From Paraspadella gotoi (Eukaryota; Animalia; Chaetognatha): a stretch of 63,878 nucleotides of DNA. Position numbers and translations under genes: made by a program. A model generated the notes under the pieces. It worked only from the letters and a program-made list of their open reading frames with translations, was not told the DNA's origin and searched no databases. The DNA is taken from contig CM119267.1 in NCBI GenBank assembly GCA_051294375.1, positions 1,646,268-1,710,145 on the forward strand, in the 5' to 3' direction. The first letter of the stretch is position 1. Every line of letters begins with the position of its first letter. Shown here piece by piece: positions 11,578 through 23,352 of this stretch.

Positions 11578-13393
11578 NNNNNNNNNNNNNNNNNNNNNNN
11601 NNNNNNNNNNNNNNNNNNNNNNNNNNNNNNNNNNNNNNNNNNNNNNNNNNNNNNNNNNNNNNNNNNNNNNNNNNNNNNNNNNNNNNNNNNNNNNNNNNNN
11701 NNNNNNNNNNNNNNNNNNNNNNNNNNNNNNNNNNNNNNNNNNNNNTCTCTCTCTCTCTCTCATCCCCACGTCATTCTAACTTTCTGGCATCCTCCATCCT
11801 TCATTGTCATTGTTGGACCAACTTGTATGATCCCTAACATCGTTGCTTGTATTTTTTCACGAAAAAAGCATTTTTGAGTTTATCGTTTGACTAAAAGTGT
11901 TGTCGCCTTGTAGGTACACGTCATATTTAATTTTAACATTAAAACGATTCTTTAAATTTCTTTAAAGCGCATCCTTAAAAAAAAATTATATTTTTTGGGG
12001 GTTTTGCATTTTTTTAGGTTTTCATAGCATCAGGAGGAAGTAATGGCTAATCCAGGCAACGCGCACGGACCAGGTCAATGCTGCTCTTATGCTTAACTAT
12101 AACTCGCTGTGAGAGTCGAAACATGCCCGACTTATAATTGTCAATAAATCGTTGTTGCAAATTAAAAAAACCGTTTTATTTTAATTATAAAGTCTCGATC
12201 TTGTAAGGTCAGAGGTCTCGAAGCGAATTCAGTATCGAGTCAATGAAGTTGAACAACAGAGAACATCAGGAAGAAGTCGAATATGAGTCTTGGTAAAATC
12301 CTAAAATAGTCACTAAAATGATCACGTGATCGACATCAAAAATCGTGTCACTTTTAAATCCCGACGATTAGTCAAACCCGTGAGGATAACGCCCCCCCTC
12401 TTTATTGTTTACTTTTTTTCCCCTGAAACCAGAGATTTTTACTTTTTAAAGTTGAGGATTAAAGACGGATCGTAATCGACTCATTGTGATAAGCAGGTTT
12501 GCACTTTTTATCATTATCATTATTCCGTTATCATTAATCATCAGTCGCCCTTACTAATCTTTAACCTTTATCTTTATCTGATGATGTTGTTAGAGTGGCT
12601 CACATCCTGAACAGTTTCCCCCGTCTGTTGAGCCATAAGTAAACCTGCCCCTTGCTGTCCCTTCTCTTCTTTATGTCCCTTTCACGACTCGGAAAAGAGA
12701 AATTGATCGCTCAGAGGTTAAAGGACCCCGCTGCTAACCTTATCGGTCTACAATAGTCATTACCGGTCGCCAAGAGGTAGAAGCGTTTTAGAAGCAGGTA
12801 GTCCTAGATTAGTTAAAAAGCGAATCGCGACTATACTTTTGATTCATTAATATCCGAAGATCATTATTACAAATTTTTTATGACTCACCTTGGTTACGCG
12901 GATTTAATTTAGTTTTTTATACAGACAATTTTAAATAAAATGAGTAAGTTATTGTTTAATAAGTTTTAACAATTTTTTTTTATCTCTCTACGGCCATCCT
13001 TTGCTTTTAAAAGCGAATCCATAATAATGTAAAGATTACGACCCTAAATTGGTTAAAAATAAGGATCATACCGAAATAGGGGGATTTAAAAAGATCGAAA
13101 TAATTTCGAAGATAATTTAGGACTCCCAATCAAAGTGAGATCGGCTCAAAATCGGCGACAATCAAGAAAACTTGATTTTTTTTAAATATTTTCTTACGTT
13201 TCTTCATTTCGGAACATGTATAGTTTGGTTTTAGGACTGTCTCTGCAACAAAGCCGAAATATGTTTTTTAATGTAAGTAAAACATCGTTGTTGAAACAAA
13301 AACTATTTTCGCTAATCTCAAATACGACGAAAGTGAAAGGATAACTATCGAACAAACTCTTAATTACAATTGAGTTATAAAACTATTTAATTA

Positions 13394-13880
13394 CACGGAG
13401 GTCCAGCTCTTATGGGACTAACTTCAAGTGCTTACAGCACGATAACGTTTAATGATAAAAGGGACTAGGTTAAATTTTCTTTTGATCGATGTCAAGAACG
13501 TCTGGAAAATCCAACAGCAATTACTGTAAATGATGCTTTTTTGCATAACATTTCGAAATTCTGAAGTTTGGACGCGCAGTTTTTCCGACTGCAATCCCTC
13601 GGATTGATGAAAATGTAGGATACAGAAGCAGAATGTCCCACGCATCCCCTCAGGAAGTTTCGACTTTCTGACACCAAAAATAGTGTCAGAAATGACAGCA
13701 TTCCCAACGGGCGCGATCACTAAAGCATATGCCGCCTTCTCTGAGCACTGAAAGAAGGTCATGGTTGCCGAATGTAAATCTTTTCAATTGATTGTTTTGT
13801 CATTACAAAATTTTTACAAGTGTACCATTTTTCATTCAATTTTTTTTTATTTACCCGTCCAAAAGAGCCGGACCTCCCTG
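13394..13880. mobile_element. Non-autonomous Tc1/mariner-type TIR element with TA target duplication
   Basis: TA-CACGGAGGTCCAGCTCTTATGGGAC ... GTCCAAAAGAGCCGGACCTCCCTG-TA; ~24-bp imperfect TIRs; no recognisable transposase. Confidence 0.8.
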
Positions 13881-14320
13881 TACACGTGTACCATTTAACA
13901 TTGACAAAGTTTACGGTTATTGATGAAGATTTTGAGGCTAAAAAAGCGGGAGATTCGCCGATATTTTATAAATCATTACGTTTTTTTTTTAAATAAAAGT
14001 TTCTTTTTCCATTACTCACGATTATTTTACGCGATCACGAAAATCAATAAATTTAATAATAAAAAAAAAAAACATTAAAGTTGCAAGTATAAAATGAAAA
14101 AGTCAAAGTGAGGAATAAGTTTTTCGGATTGGTTCCACTTTAAAAACCGCCACATGTTGTGAGAGAAAAAAAAAATCCGCCAAATATTTGGGATGTTTCT
14201 TTCTTTGATTAGAAGGTAAGGAAGTCTTAAAATTTTAGTTACGAAAAATAACCGGTAGAAAATCTAGCAACCGCATCAGAAGTTCCGAAAAGCAAAGAGA
14301 CTGACCCACTGGCTAACACC

Positions 14321-14482
<162 letters not shown>

Positions 14483-14552
14483 AATATCGTTTTATCTCGT
14501 TTAATTTCCTTTTTCGAGCACCGACTTGAAAGTTAGACGAGCGATTCCAAAG

Positions 14553-14697
14553 ATGGAACGCGACGCCGCTTTCGACGACGCCCGTCGAAAAAATCCCTTC
14601 AACCGAACAGCGAAGCCGCAACTTTGATCCGGTGCACGCGGGACTTCTGGCGCCGAGGACGCTGGGTCATAAACGTCGTCATCCGCGACGGTCGTTG
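14553..14697 (+). CDS. Putative first coding exon of the SLC28 gene
   Basis: ATG MERDAAFDDARRKNPF..., donor GTATGA; needs a frameshift; N-termini are not conserved, so the assignment is positional only. Confidence 0.45.
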
Positions 14698-14895
14698 GTA
14701 TGACAGAGGGGAGATTGTAGAGATGAAAGTTATATTCGATCGCGGCCGGTCCATATTTTAAAGTGTAAAATTTTGTAGAAAGCATAATACGTGAGGACAG
14801 AATGTATCGATGGTTAATTAATTTTTAATCAAAATTAAAACTAAACATTTGTCAGGAAAACTTTTGCTCGGATTGTGGATAAGGCGGTAAAGTGG

Positions 14896-15280
14896 GCTGA
14901 AGACTACTATCCTGTAACTTTTATGTCCCCCTCAGCACGGTACTGGCTTGGAACCAGGCATGAGTGTTTCCAAGCCCCCAGGCGGATTTACACCGACCTC
15001 ACATTTTCCACGAGGGTAGGTACGGTTAGGATTAGTTATTAGATCACGAGCCTGATTGCTTTACTCAATAGTCGCCACCTAAGTCACGCTGAAGGTGTCA
15101 TGCTTCTAGGCGGTGAACTATGCAATGCCAACTACATGCCCCCATACCCTCGTGCACTGCTTCCAGTGGAAGGGAGGGAAGCAATCTTCAGCTAGAGTAG
15201 GGGCTCGAATCAGGGTTGGAATACGTCGCAGTAGGCTCACCAGTGTGAATATAGGCGCTAGATATGCTGAAGACTACTAT
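14896..15280. mobile_element. ~370-bp unit bounded by a perfect 15-bp direct repeat (GCTGAAGACTACTAT); SINE-like or retrozyme-like
   Basis: Direct repeat at 14896-14910 and 15266-15280; interior 14915-15136 is related to 15850-16077. Confidence 0.55.
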
Positions 15281-15849
15281 GCCAATAGAGGGTAGTGAAA
15301 GTTACGTACGGAAATCTAAAAAGTCAATATGAACAACATACCATCATGAACATTAATTTGTAAAAAAAATAATTTGTTTTTTAAATTTCGCAGTAGAGCT
15401 TATATTTATATATTGTACTACCGCTTATAAATCGAAAAATTTCAAAATAGGCTTTTCTTAATTTGATTGGCAGATTTTAATTTGCTCGTCTAAAGTGATA
15501 AAGAGACAATATAAATCATTTTTTAAAAAATCTTCATTAAGTGAGTTAAAAAAAAATTAAAAAAACTAATTTAATATAAAAATATTATTTTTTATATTAA
15601 AATATAGTTTTTTATAATTTTTGACCCACTTAATAAGGAATTTTTCAAAAGAGTGTATATTTCTTTTATCAACTTTTTATGACGAATCCAAATCGTCAAA
15701 AAAATTTAATAAAAATAGTTTTGAAATTTTAACATTTATGGGATTAGTAAGTAAAATATGGCACTCTGCGTAATTTAAATTATATTACATAAATATTTCC
15801 TTGTTCCTCACTTTAGAATTCATAATTAAAGTTTAAATTTAACTTTCCA

Positions 15850-16077
15850 TAACTGCTATGCCCCTGAGCAGCCAATGGAGCTTGGAACAGACTAGAGATT
15901 TGTCACAGGCGTCCAACACGCTGTTGGGGCGTCCCTCATCTTCCCCGGTCAGGTACAGGTTGGGATTGAATAAGTACTCGCCGGGTCCACCAGCTGATTG
16001 GCTTACTCATGACGCACGGGGTCAAAGACCGAAGGTGTCATGCTTAAGCGGGGTGGAACTAGGCAATCCCGACTACA
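15850..16077. repeat. Second, diverged copy of the interspersed repeat at 14915-15136
   Basis: Colinear shared motifs GCTTGGAAC, AGGTAC(A)GGTT.GGATT, CTGATTG.CTTACTCA, GAAGGTGTCATGCTT, GAACTA.GCAAT.CC.ACTACA. Confidence 0.7.
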
Positions 16078-16119
16078 GAATCTTAAACTAAGTTTCACTG
16101 TGCCCCTCCTCCTCCACAG

Positions 16120-19100
16120 ACCCTCCCACGGACTCTCCATCGAACGCCCTCACGCGACTGGCGCAGTCGCTGCAACATCACGCGTCCGATTTCAAATCGA
16201 GGCACGGACCTCGTCTTCGATTTTCCGGCAGCGTTGTGATCGCCGGCCTTTTTGCCGCCTACTTCATCGCGGCGGTCGTCAAGACGGCAACCGTCGAGGT
16301 TGATTGATTGATTGATTGTATGATTTCTTTTTTTATTTATTGATTGATAGATCTAATAGACTTGATTAATTGATTGTTTGATTAATCGATCTAGGTAGAT
16401 TCTCAATTGATTGATGGATTTAATTAATTAATTTATTGATTGATAAGGTTACATATTGTTTAAATTCCAACCTTTAACCACCTTCCTTACCTACTCACCT
16501 TTATCCCGGACCCACCCACCTTACCACGCCCACTTATCACTCGCCCCAAGGTCCCCTGCGCCGCCGACGAAGACTGCGACCTCAAAACGTCTCGTCGTCG
16601 TCATCGGGCGGATTTTCTCGTCGTCGCCGTCGTCGTCGTCGCCGCCCTCCTGATCTACGAGCGGCTCGTCAGACCGCGCCTCTCCGCCGCAGCCGCCGCC
16701 GATCGCCCTCTCTCCCGGCGCCGCCTCTCTCCGAATCTTCGCCGCGCCGTCGAGATCTCGGGCGGGCGCTTGGTCGTCGTCGTCGCCATCGTCGTCGTTC
16801 GGATCGTCGCGGCGACGTTGGCGTCGTCCCTCGTCCCTCGTCTCGGGATTCGGTCTCCTCGTCTTTGTCTTCCTCGTCTTCGTCTTCTCTCGACATCCGG
16901 GTCGCGTCAAGTGGCGCCCCGTCCTCGGCGGATTCCTGCTGCAGTTCGTCATCGCCGTTGTGGTGTTGAAGACGAGGCTCGGGTGAGTGGAGGGTAATGA
17001 TTGGTGGTTGGGTGGTTGGGTGGTTGGGTGGTAGTCGCGAATCGTTTCTCTAATGGTGGACTAAAATCCACCAACCGTTCATCAGCGGCCATTGGTGCAG
17101 GAGGCAAGTCATTTGCCTCCCAACCAAAAGGTCCGGGAGAATAGAATAAGAAATAGAATAAAATAGAATAAGAAAAAAATACTTGTTAAAATTTATCAAA
17201 AAAATAATTTTTCTAAATAATAAAAATTTACAAAGATTATTGCTATTTTGTTGAAGAGCAGGTGCAAGTTAAGATCTAGTGGGTGCAGCTAAAATTTATT
17301 TTAAATGTCGTTTTTTCTTACAAAAAGTTTCCGTCTTTGTAGAGCCCTCTAGTAGAATATGGTGAAAAGACTAAGAAATTTTAATGGGACTGTTCTTTTG
17401 TTTCAGAAGAAAATATTAAAACCTCTGGTGGTTGTACTTAAAATAAATTTTATTGCTATTTTGTTTTTAAAAATGCTCCTTCGTTTTTACAGCCATCTGG
17501 ATTATTAAGACTAAAACATGTAAAAATTTGCTAGTGAAGATCTAGTGGGTACAGACAGAAGAGCAAATTTCTATAGAAAGTAAAGGGAAAATGCTCATAG
17601 TAGAGAAAGTAAGAGACAAATCCTAGTAGGAGATAAGAAAAGTTAAGTAACCGGAATTTACAATAAACTATCAGCGTCCCGCGACGCTCACTTGTTTTCC
17701 CCTCTCTTTAGTTTCTGCTTCTTTCGATTCGCCGGCCAACAAACGGAGATCTTTCTCAACTACTCCTCTTACGGCGCCGAGTTCGTATTCAACGTCAAAG
17801 GTGAGGAGAAAACAAAGTAGCACTCATCAATCAAACATTAAATGAATCCATAAAATTATAAGTGACTTAATTGATCAATGGTTAAATAAGCTAAAAGTTA
17901 TCTTAACAAATAATCTTATGACTTATGTATATATCAATCAAATAGTAAATGAATGAACGAATGAATGAATGAATGAATGTATGAACTTATTAATGAATGA
18001 GAAATTGAATGATTTAACGAATGATTCAATCAATAAATCACCCAATCAATCAATCCAATAAAATCAAATCAATCAAATCAATCAAATCAATCAAATCAAT
18101 CAAATCAATCCAAATTCAAATCAATCAATCAGGTTTTGAGCGCGGGTCACGATTTTCTTTTCATCTTCGCCTTCCCAAGTGTACTTCCACATCGTCATCC
18201 TCTTTCTCTTCCTTCGTCGCGATGCTTTATCACACGGGCGTGATGCTTTACGTCATTAAAAAGGTCGATTCAGTTATTATTTTTAATTTTAATAGTTTCT
18301 TAATGGAGTATACAGTGCTAAAGACAAAATACAATTGTCGGATATTTCGTTATATAGGTGTCATCTTTTTATCCAAAACAAGCAGAGATTTAGAGAGAGA
18401 TAAAAGACTGAAGAGAAAAAGAGAGAGTGATAGAATGACCCTAAAAGGGTCGGCCCCCGCCTCCCGTTACAAGTCATTAAAAACAGTCTATGTATCAGTA
18501 TTTAGAACTTCATACTTACCATACTTACATACAACCCCCTCACCTGCTCGTGCCGAAAATTCCTAAAGCTTTGTTAGCTCTTCAAAATGACTCGAACTCT
18601 CCCGTTACAACGACCCAGGTCTCTTGGTGATGGCCTGGCGATGGGCACCACCGCGGCCGAGTCCCTCGTCGCCGTCTCCAACGTCTTCATCAGTCAGAGC
18701 GAAGCGCCTCTGCTCATCCGGCCTTTCTCGGCGACATGACCCCGATCCGAGATCCACGCCGTCCTCACTTCCGCATGGCGACGGTCGCCGGATCGACTCT
18801 CGGCGCCTACATCGGCGTTCGGCGTCGACGCCTCTCATCTTCTCTGCGCCTCCATCATGTCCGCGCCGGCCGCCTTGGCAATGGCAAAGGTTTATTTTGG
18901 GGCGGGGGGGGGTTGAAGGGAAGAGCGAGAACCGTGTGGGGGAGAGATCAAGGTGGGCAGGCTGTGAAATTATCTAATCAATAGTGAAATTCAATTCTTT
19001 ACAGAAAAAAAATACGATACTCTACCCACACAACAAATTTAATTCAATCCATCCCAAATAGAGGCTGACCCTATCGCCAAGAACCTACTTACCTACTTAC

Positions 19101-20930
19101 CTACCATCGTAAAAAGCCCTCCTTCATCCTGCTATCCTTACCCCTACCTCCTTCTTCCTATCCTTACCTACCTCCTTCATCCTCTATCCTTACCCTACCC
19201 TCCTTCATCCTTATCCTACCCCTACCCTCCTTCATCCTCTATCCTTACCCTACCCTCCTTCATCTCTATCCTTAACCCCTACCCATCTGCCATGCTCCAA
19301 ATCCCCATTCAGCTTTCTACCCGGAAACGGAAAAGTCCTCGACGACCTTCGCCGATGTTGAGGCAATGGATTCCAGCCAGTCCCTACAGAGCAACATCCT
19401 GGAGGCGGCGTCGACGGGCGCCTCGAACGCGGTGGCGCTCGTCGCCGGCATCGCCGCCAATCTCATAGCCTTCATCTCTCTAGTCGCCTTCGCCAACGCC
19501 GCCTCGCAGTAAGATGTTGTTGTTGTTGTTGTAAGGTCTATCTCCCGCCTCTCTTCTGTTCATCCTTCTCCTGGTTTCCTATTCTCTTCTTCTTCCTCTC
19601 CTCCTCCTCTTCCTCCTCCTCATCCGACGCCACGAGAGTCTTCATCTTCCTCCTCCTCCTCCTCCTCGCAGATACTTCGGGCGAACTGGTGGAGATCCGC
19701 GAGGTCCTCTGTGACCAAGAACTCAGCCTCAATCTCGTCGTCGGCTACGCTTCACGCCCTTCGCCTGGCTGATGGGGCGTGTGCCTGGACCGACTGTCGC
19801 TGGATCGGCGAACTCGGTGGGCGTCAAGACGATCGTCAAACGAGTTCGTCGCCTTCCGAGGAATTGGGGAAGTTGAAGCGGACCGAGATGTGGAACGCGA
19901 TGGATTGGCGGTGAGCGGGCTGGGCTGGGTGGGCGATAATTTGGGTGGAGAGGTTTGAGGAGAAATGCTGTTAAATTGATGGATGGATGAATTACTATCT
20001 AGGTCGACTAGTGCTCGTATCCGCTACTCATTTAGGGCGGAACGGGTTGAAAAATAGAAGTTCTTCACAAATAGATTATGGTAACAGTGACTGTGAGAGA
20101 ATATGAAGTGAAAATGTTTTAAGATTTACCTTAGAGATAAGCACACCGGAAGCATTATTCTATAAAAAAGCTAAATTTTTTAAAAATTCTTGTAGTTTTT
20201 TTTTTTTGATAGATTTTGATAAAGCTTTAAAAGTTAGATTAAGGTTATTATTATACTTAAAATTAGATTAAGGATTATTACAACTTAAAAGTAGATTAGG
20301 TTATTATTACAACTTAAAGTAAATTAAGGTTATTTATACTTAAAAGTAGATTAAGTTTATTATTAAGATACTTAAAAAGTTAGATTAAGTTGTTATTACA
20401 TTAAAAGTTAGATTTAATGTGTTACTTATTTATCAACTAAATAAGTTAGAATTAAGGTTATTATTTCTAATTAAAAGTAGATTAAGGTTATTTTTATAAC
20501 TTAAAAAGTTAGATTCATAGGCTTATTATTACACAACTTTAAAACAATACGAAACAAAACAACCACAAACCATTCGCCAATTTTCCTCACCGGATTCAGA
20601 AATTATTCACCTTTACCTGGATGCGGATCCCTCGGCATCGTGAGCCTGCGTGCGTCGTCCAAACGTCTCCGTCTCTCTCTCTCTCTTCAACGACTCCCTC
20701 TTCCCTCTCTCCCCATTTCGCTCCCAGCTGCTCGGAGACCATCGCCAATAGCCCTCTTGCGGGATTCTCCAAAGCTTTTCCTCCGCACGGCGTCATGATC
20801 GGCGCCCCTCGCGGCGCTGGCACCGCGCCCGGACCCGCGCGACGTAAGCCCGTCGTCCTTCGACCATGATCAGGGGAACGCGCGTCCTGCTTTCGGCCAC
20901 CGGCTTGCATCGCGGGCTGCTGCTGGGGAA
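16120..20930 (+). CDS. SLC28A: SLC28-family concentrative nucleoside transporter (CNT3-like). Exons 16120-16298, 16551-16982, 17712-17800, 18133-18263, 18619-18889, 19313-19508, 19672-19910, 20600-~20930+ (stop uncertain, within or after the GA-rich repeat)
   Basis: Exons bounded by AG/GT translate, with indel correction, to CNT hallmarks in the correct order: FSRHPGRVKWRPVLGGFLLQF, FLNYSSYGAEFVF, FSSFVAMLYHTGVM, NVFISQSEAPLLIRPF, ATVAGSTLGAYI, SIMSAPAALAMAK, PETEKS, NILEAASTGASNAVALVAGIAANLIAFISL, FAWLMGV, KTIVNEFVAF, RSETIA..LCGFS, TACIAGLL. Confidence 0.93.
18020..18131. repeat. (AATC/AAATC)n simple repeat directly upstream of an SLC28 splice acceptor
   Basis: Direct reading. Confidence 0.9.
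19118..19285 (+). repeat. Intronic ~28-bp minisatellite (CCCTACCCTCCTTCATCCTCTATCCTTA), ~6 copies
   Basis: Direct reading; also present in the duplicate copies at ~26430-26620 and ~40835-41025. Confidence 0.9.
20225..20542 (+). repeat. Intronic ~31-bp minisatellite (TTAAAAGTTAGATTAAGGTTATTATTACAAC), ~10 copies
   Basis: Direct reading; noisy counterparts at ~27640-27950 and ~39450-39815. Confidence 0.9.
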
Positions 20931-21500
20931 GGAGGAGGAGGAGGAGGAGGAGAGAGGAGGAGGAGGGGAGGAGTGGAAAGTGCGAGAGAGTTTGGGTGTG
21001 GAGAGAGGCGAGAGAGGGAGAGATGGAGAGAGGGAGAGAGGGGAGAGTGGAAAGTGCGAGGAGAGTTGGGTGGTGAGAGAGAGGGAGAGATGGAGGGGAA
21101 GAGGGAGAGAGAGAAGGGAGGGAGAGGGAGACGAGGGAGGAGAGAGGGGAGGCAGTTGGAAGTGCGAGGAGAGTTAGCGTGTGAGGAGAGGGAGAGAGGG
21201 AGGGAGAAGAGAGAGGGAAGAGAGGGGAGGAGTGGAAAGTGCGGGACGAGTTGGGTGTGGAGAGAGGGTGAGAGGAAGAAGAGGGAGGGAGAGGAGAGAG
21301 GGGAGGGAGTTGAAGTGCGAGGAGAGTTGGGTGTGAGAGAGAGGGAGAGAGGGAGGGAAAGAGGGAGGGAGAGGGAAGAGAGGGGAATTGGTGTGAGAGA
21401 GCGGGAGAGATGGGGGGTAGAGGATGGGAGGGAGGAGGAGTGGAATGCGAGGAAGAGTTGGGCTGAGAATGGAGAGGTGAGGGAGAGGGAGAGAAAGAGT
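20930..21500 (+). repeat. GA-rich degenerate minisatellite containing GAGTGGAAAGTGCGAGGAGAGTTGGGTGTGAGA, ~7 copies
   Basis: Direct reading; overlaps the SLC28 C-terminus or 3' UTR. Confidence 0.85.
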
Positions 21501-21857
21501 AAATGGGAAGGGAACTTCCTCGAGTTTTACTCTCGTCATTCTTCTTCATTTACGTTAAGAACAAACGAATTTTGTTATAATGTCTCTCAGTATTATTCAG
21601 TCGTTACAATTTACTTGGTTTTTTTTTATGGTGCTCGGTGGCTTTTAATAATCATTGACGGATTGAACTCGCATATTTATTTTTAACAAATATATAAAAA
21701 AATTATTTCATTAACTTAGTTAATTTTCTTTTTTCAAATCATTGTCTAATTGAGACATCTTTTCGTTGAATACCTGAATGTAGACTGTCCAGCATTTATT
21801 AATACGCACGTTCAAATAAAAAAAATCGATAAATTATAATTTAAAATCACCAATCAG

Positions 21858-22094
21858 ATCCCCACACCCACCCTCCCTGCCCCACCGATACCGCCTGCCC
21901 GCCCGTTCACCACCATCACTGCCGCGACCTCTGCCAAGAAGACTTCCTCCTTTACCCAGAGCCCATCCCCCTTCCCGGATCGCGCCACCGCCCGCGGACC
22001 TGCAGCCCGAGAACCCGCCCCGCATGGGCCGGCCGCGAGGGCTGAGGCTGGCCACGGTGCTGAGTCGAGGGGAGAAAAAGATGAAGATGATGAA

Positions 22095-22129
<35 letters not shown>

Positions 22130-22221
22130 GGATGATGATAATGAGGATGATGATGATGATGAAGAAGAATCGAGAAAACGTGGAATTTGTGGAATTGGAT
22201 CTGGGAGAAGATTTGAATGAG
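21858..22221 (+). CDS. Putative exon encoding a proline-rich segment followed by a poly-Asp/Glu tract (unknown gene)
   Basis: CAATCAG acceptor and GAG|GTCAC donor; reads IPHPPSLPHRYRLPARSPPSLPRPLPRRLPPLPRAHPPSRIAPPP, then after a shift EKDEDDEDDD...EEES. Confidence 0.35.
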
Positions 22222-22357
22222 GTCACAAAAAACACAAGAAAACAATGTGGCGTCAAGCAGAATGTAAAAAAAACTTCGAATGGTTACTGTTATGAACTAT
22301 CTCAGATAATTCATCTAAAGTTTATTTCGCGTTGTATACAGTAGTTTTCAATTTTCA

Positions 22358-23352
22358 TAAACATAGAAAAGCTTCATTAATTTAAGAAAACATTTTTAGT
22401 AATCTATACACGTTTTTATTTTACAAAGCAAGTAAAAGAGAGAGTTTTTTGCACGAATTTTTTTTTTCACCCAAAATACAATCAAAATTCATAGTTTATT
22501 ATTTATTATAGTCTCTCAAAGTGAAGAGAAATTAAATTTTAGATTAGATTTATTTAATGAGACGGGTCCGAGGGCCATGAGTCGCAGTTATAAAAGATCA
22601 AGCCGGTTACAAATAATCGCGAATTCAAATATTCTAAAAAGGAAACGAACGTCTTTTGTTAATTTTTAAATCACGATCCAAGACGTCATCTGTTGAGTCA
22701 TTGAATGAACTAAGCGGAGTTTTGTGAAACAAAAGACAGTTGAAAGGAAATTTCGAGTTCGTTGTCGTCGTCGTTGTCAGTCGTCGTCATCGTAATTATC
22801 GTCGTCGACGTCGTCATTGTCATCGTCATCATCTTCGTCGTCGTCCCCATCGTCCACCCAACCGGTCAACTTCGCAAGTGCTGCCATGAGTCATTGGCGC
22901 AGTCAATGGGGCGCAATNNNNNNNNNNNNNNNNNNNNNNNNNNNNNNNNNNNNNNNNNNNNNNNNNNNNNNNNNNNNNNNNNNNNNNNNNNNNNNNNNNN
23001 NNNNNNNNNNNNNNNNNNNNNNNNNNNNNNNNNNNNNNNNNNNNNNNNNNNNNNNNNNNNNNNNNNNNNNNNNNNNNNNNNNNNNNNNNNNNNNNNNNNN
23101 NNNNNNNNGAGAGAGAGAGAGAGAGAGAGAGAGACAAAGAGCTTTTTCTCAAGCTTTTTTTATTTTCCAAACAATATTGTACTAACAAATTTTTGCAGTT
23201 TTAGATTGTTTATTCTCTTTATTTTTCTTATTATTATTTTTATTATATTTTATTTTTTATTTTTAGCACGACTATCTATTTTTATAAAATATTCTGTTCT
23301 CTTTTTATCCTTTTATATTCTGCTCAATTTAGTCTCTTCCAAAAAAAAAAAA
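22358..23352 (+). repeat. Diverged segmental duplicate, copy B (paralogous to ~10405-11577)
   Basis: See copy A. Confidence 0.85.

Noticed and set aside
12561-12721. piggyBac-like TTAA-CCT...AGG-TTAA mini-element, with a CTGATGA inside
   Set aside because: The TIR match is only ~3 bp and there is no downstream GAAA or stem for a hammerhead.
16120-20930. SLC28 as a pseudogene because of frameshifts
   Set aside because: The indels differ between the three copies and conserved motifs and splice sites are intact, so sequencing error is the simpler explanation.
20596-21686. Long ORFs of 317 aa and 237 aa
   Set aside because: Translations of a GA-rich repeat and the antisense strand of the SLC28 last exon.
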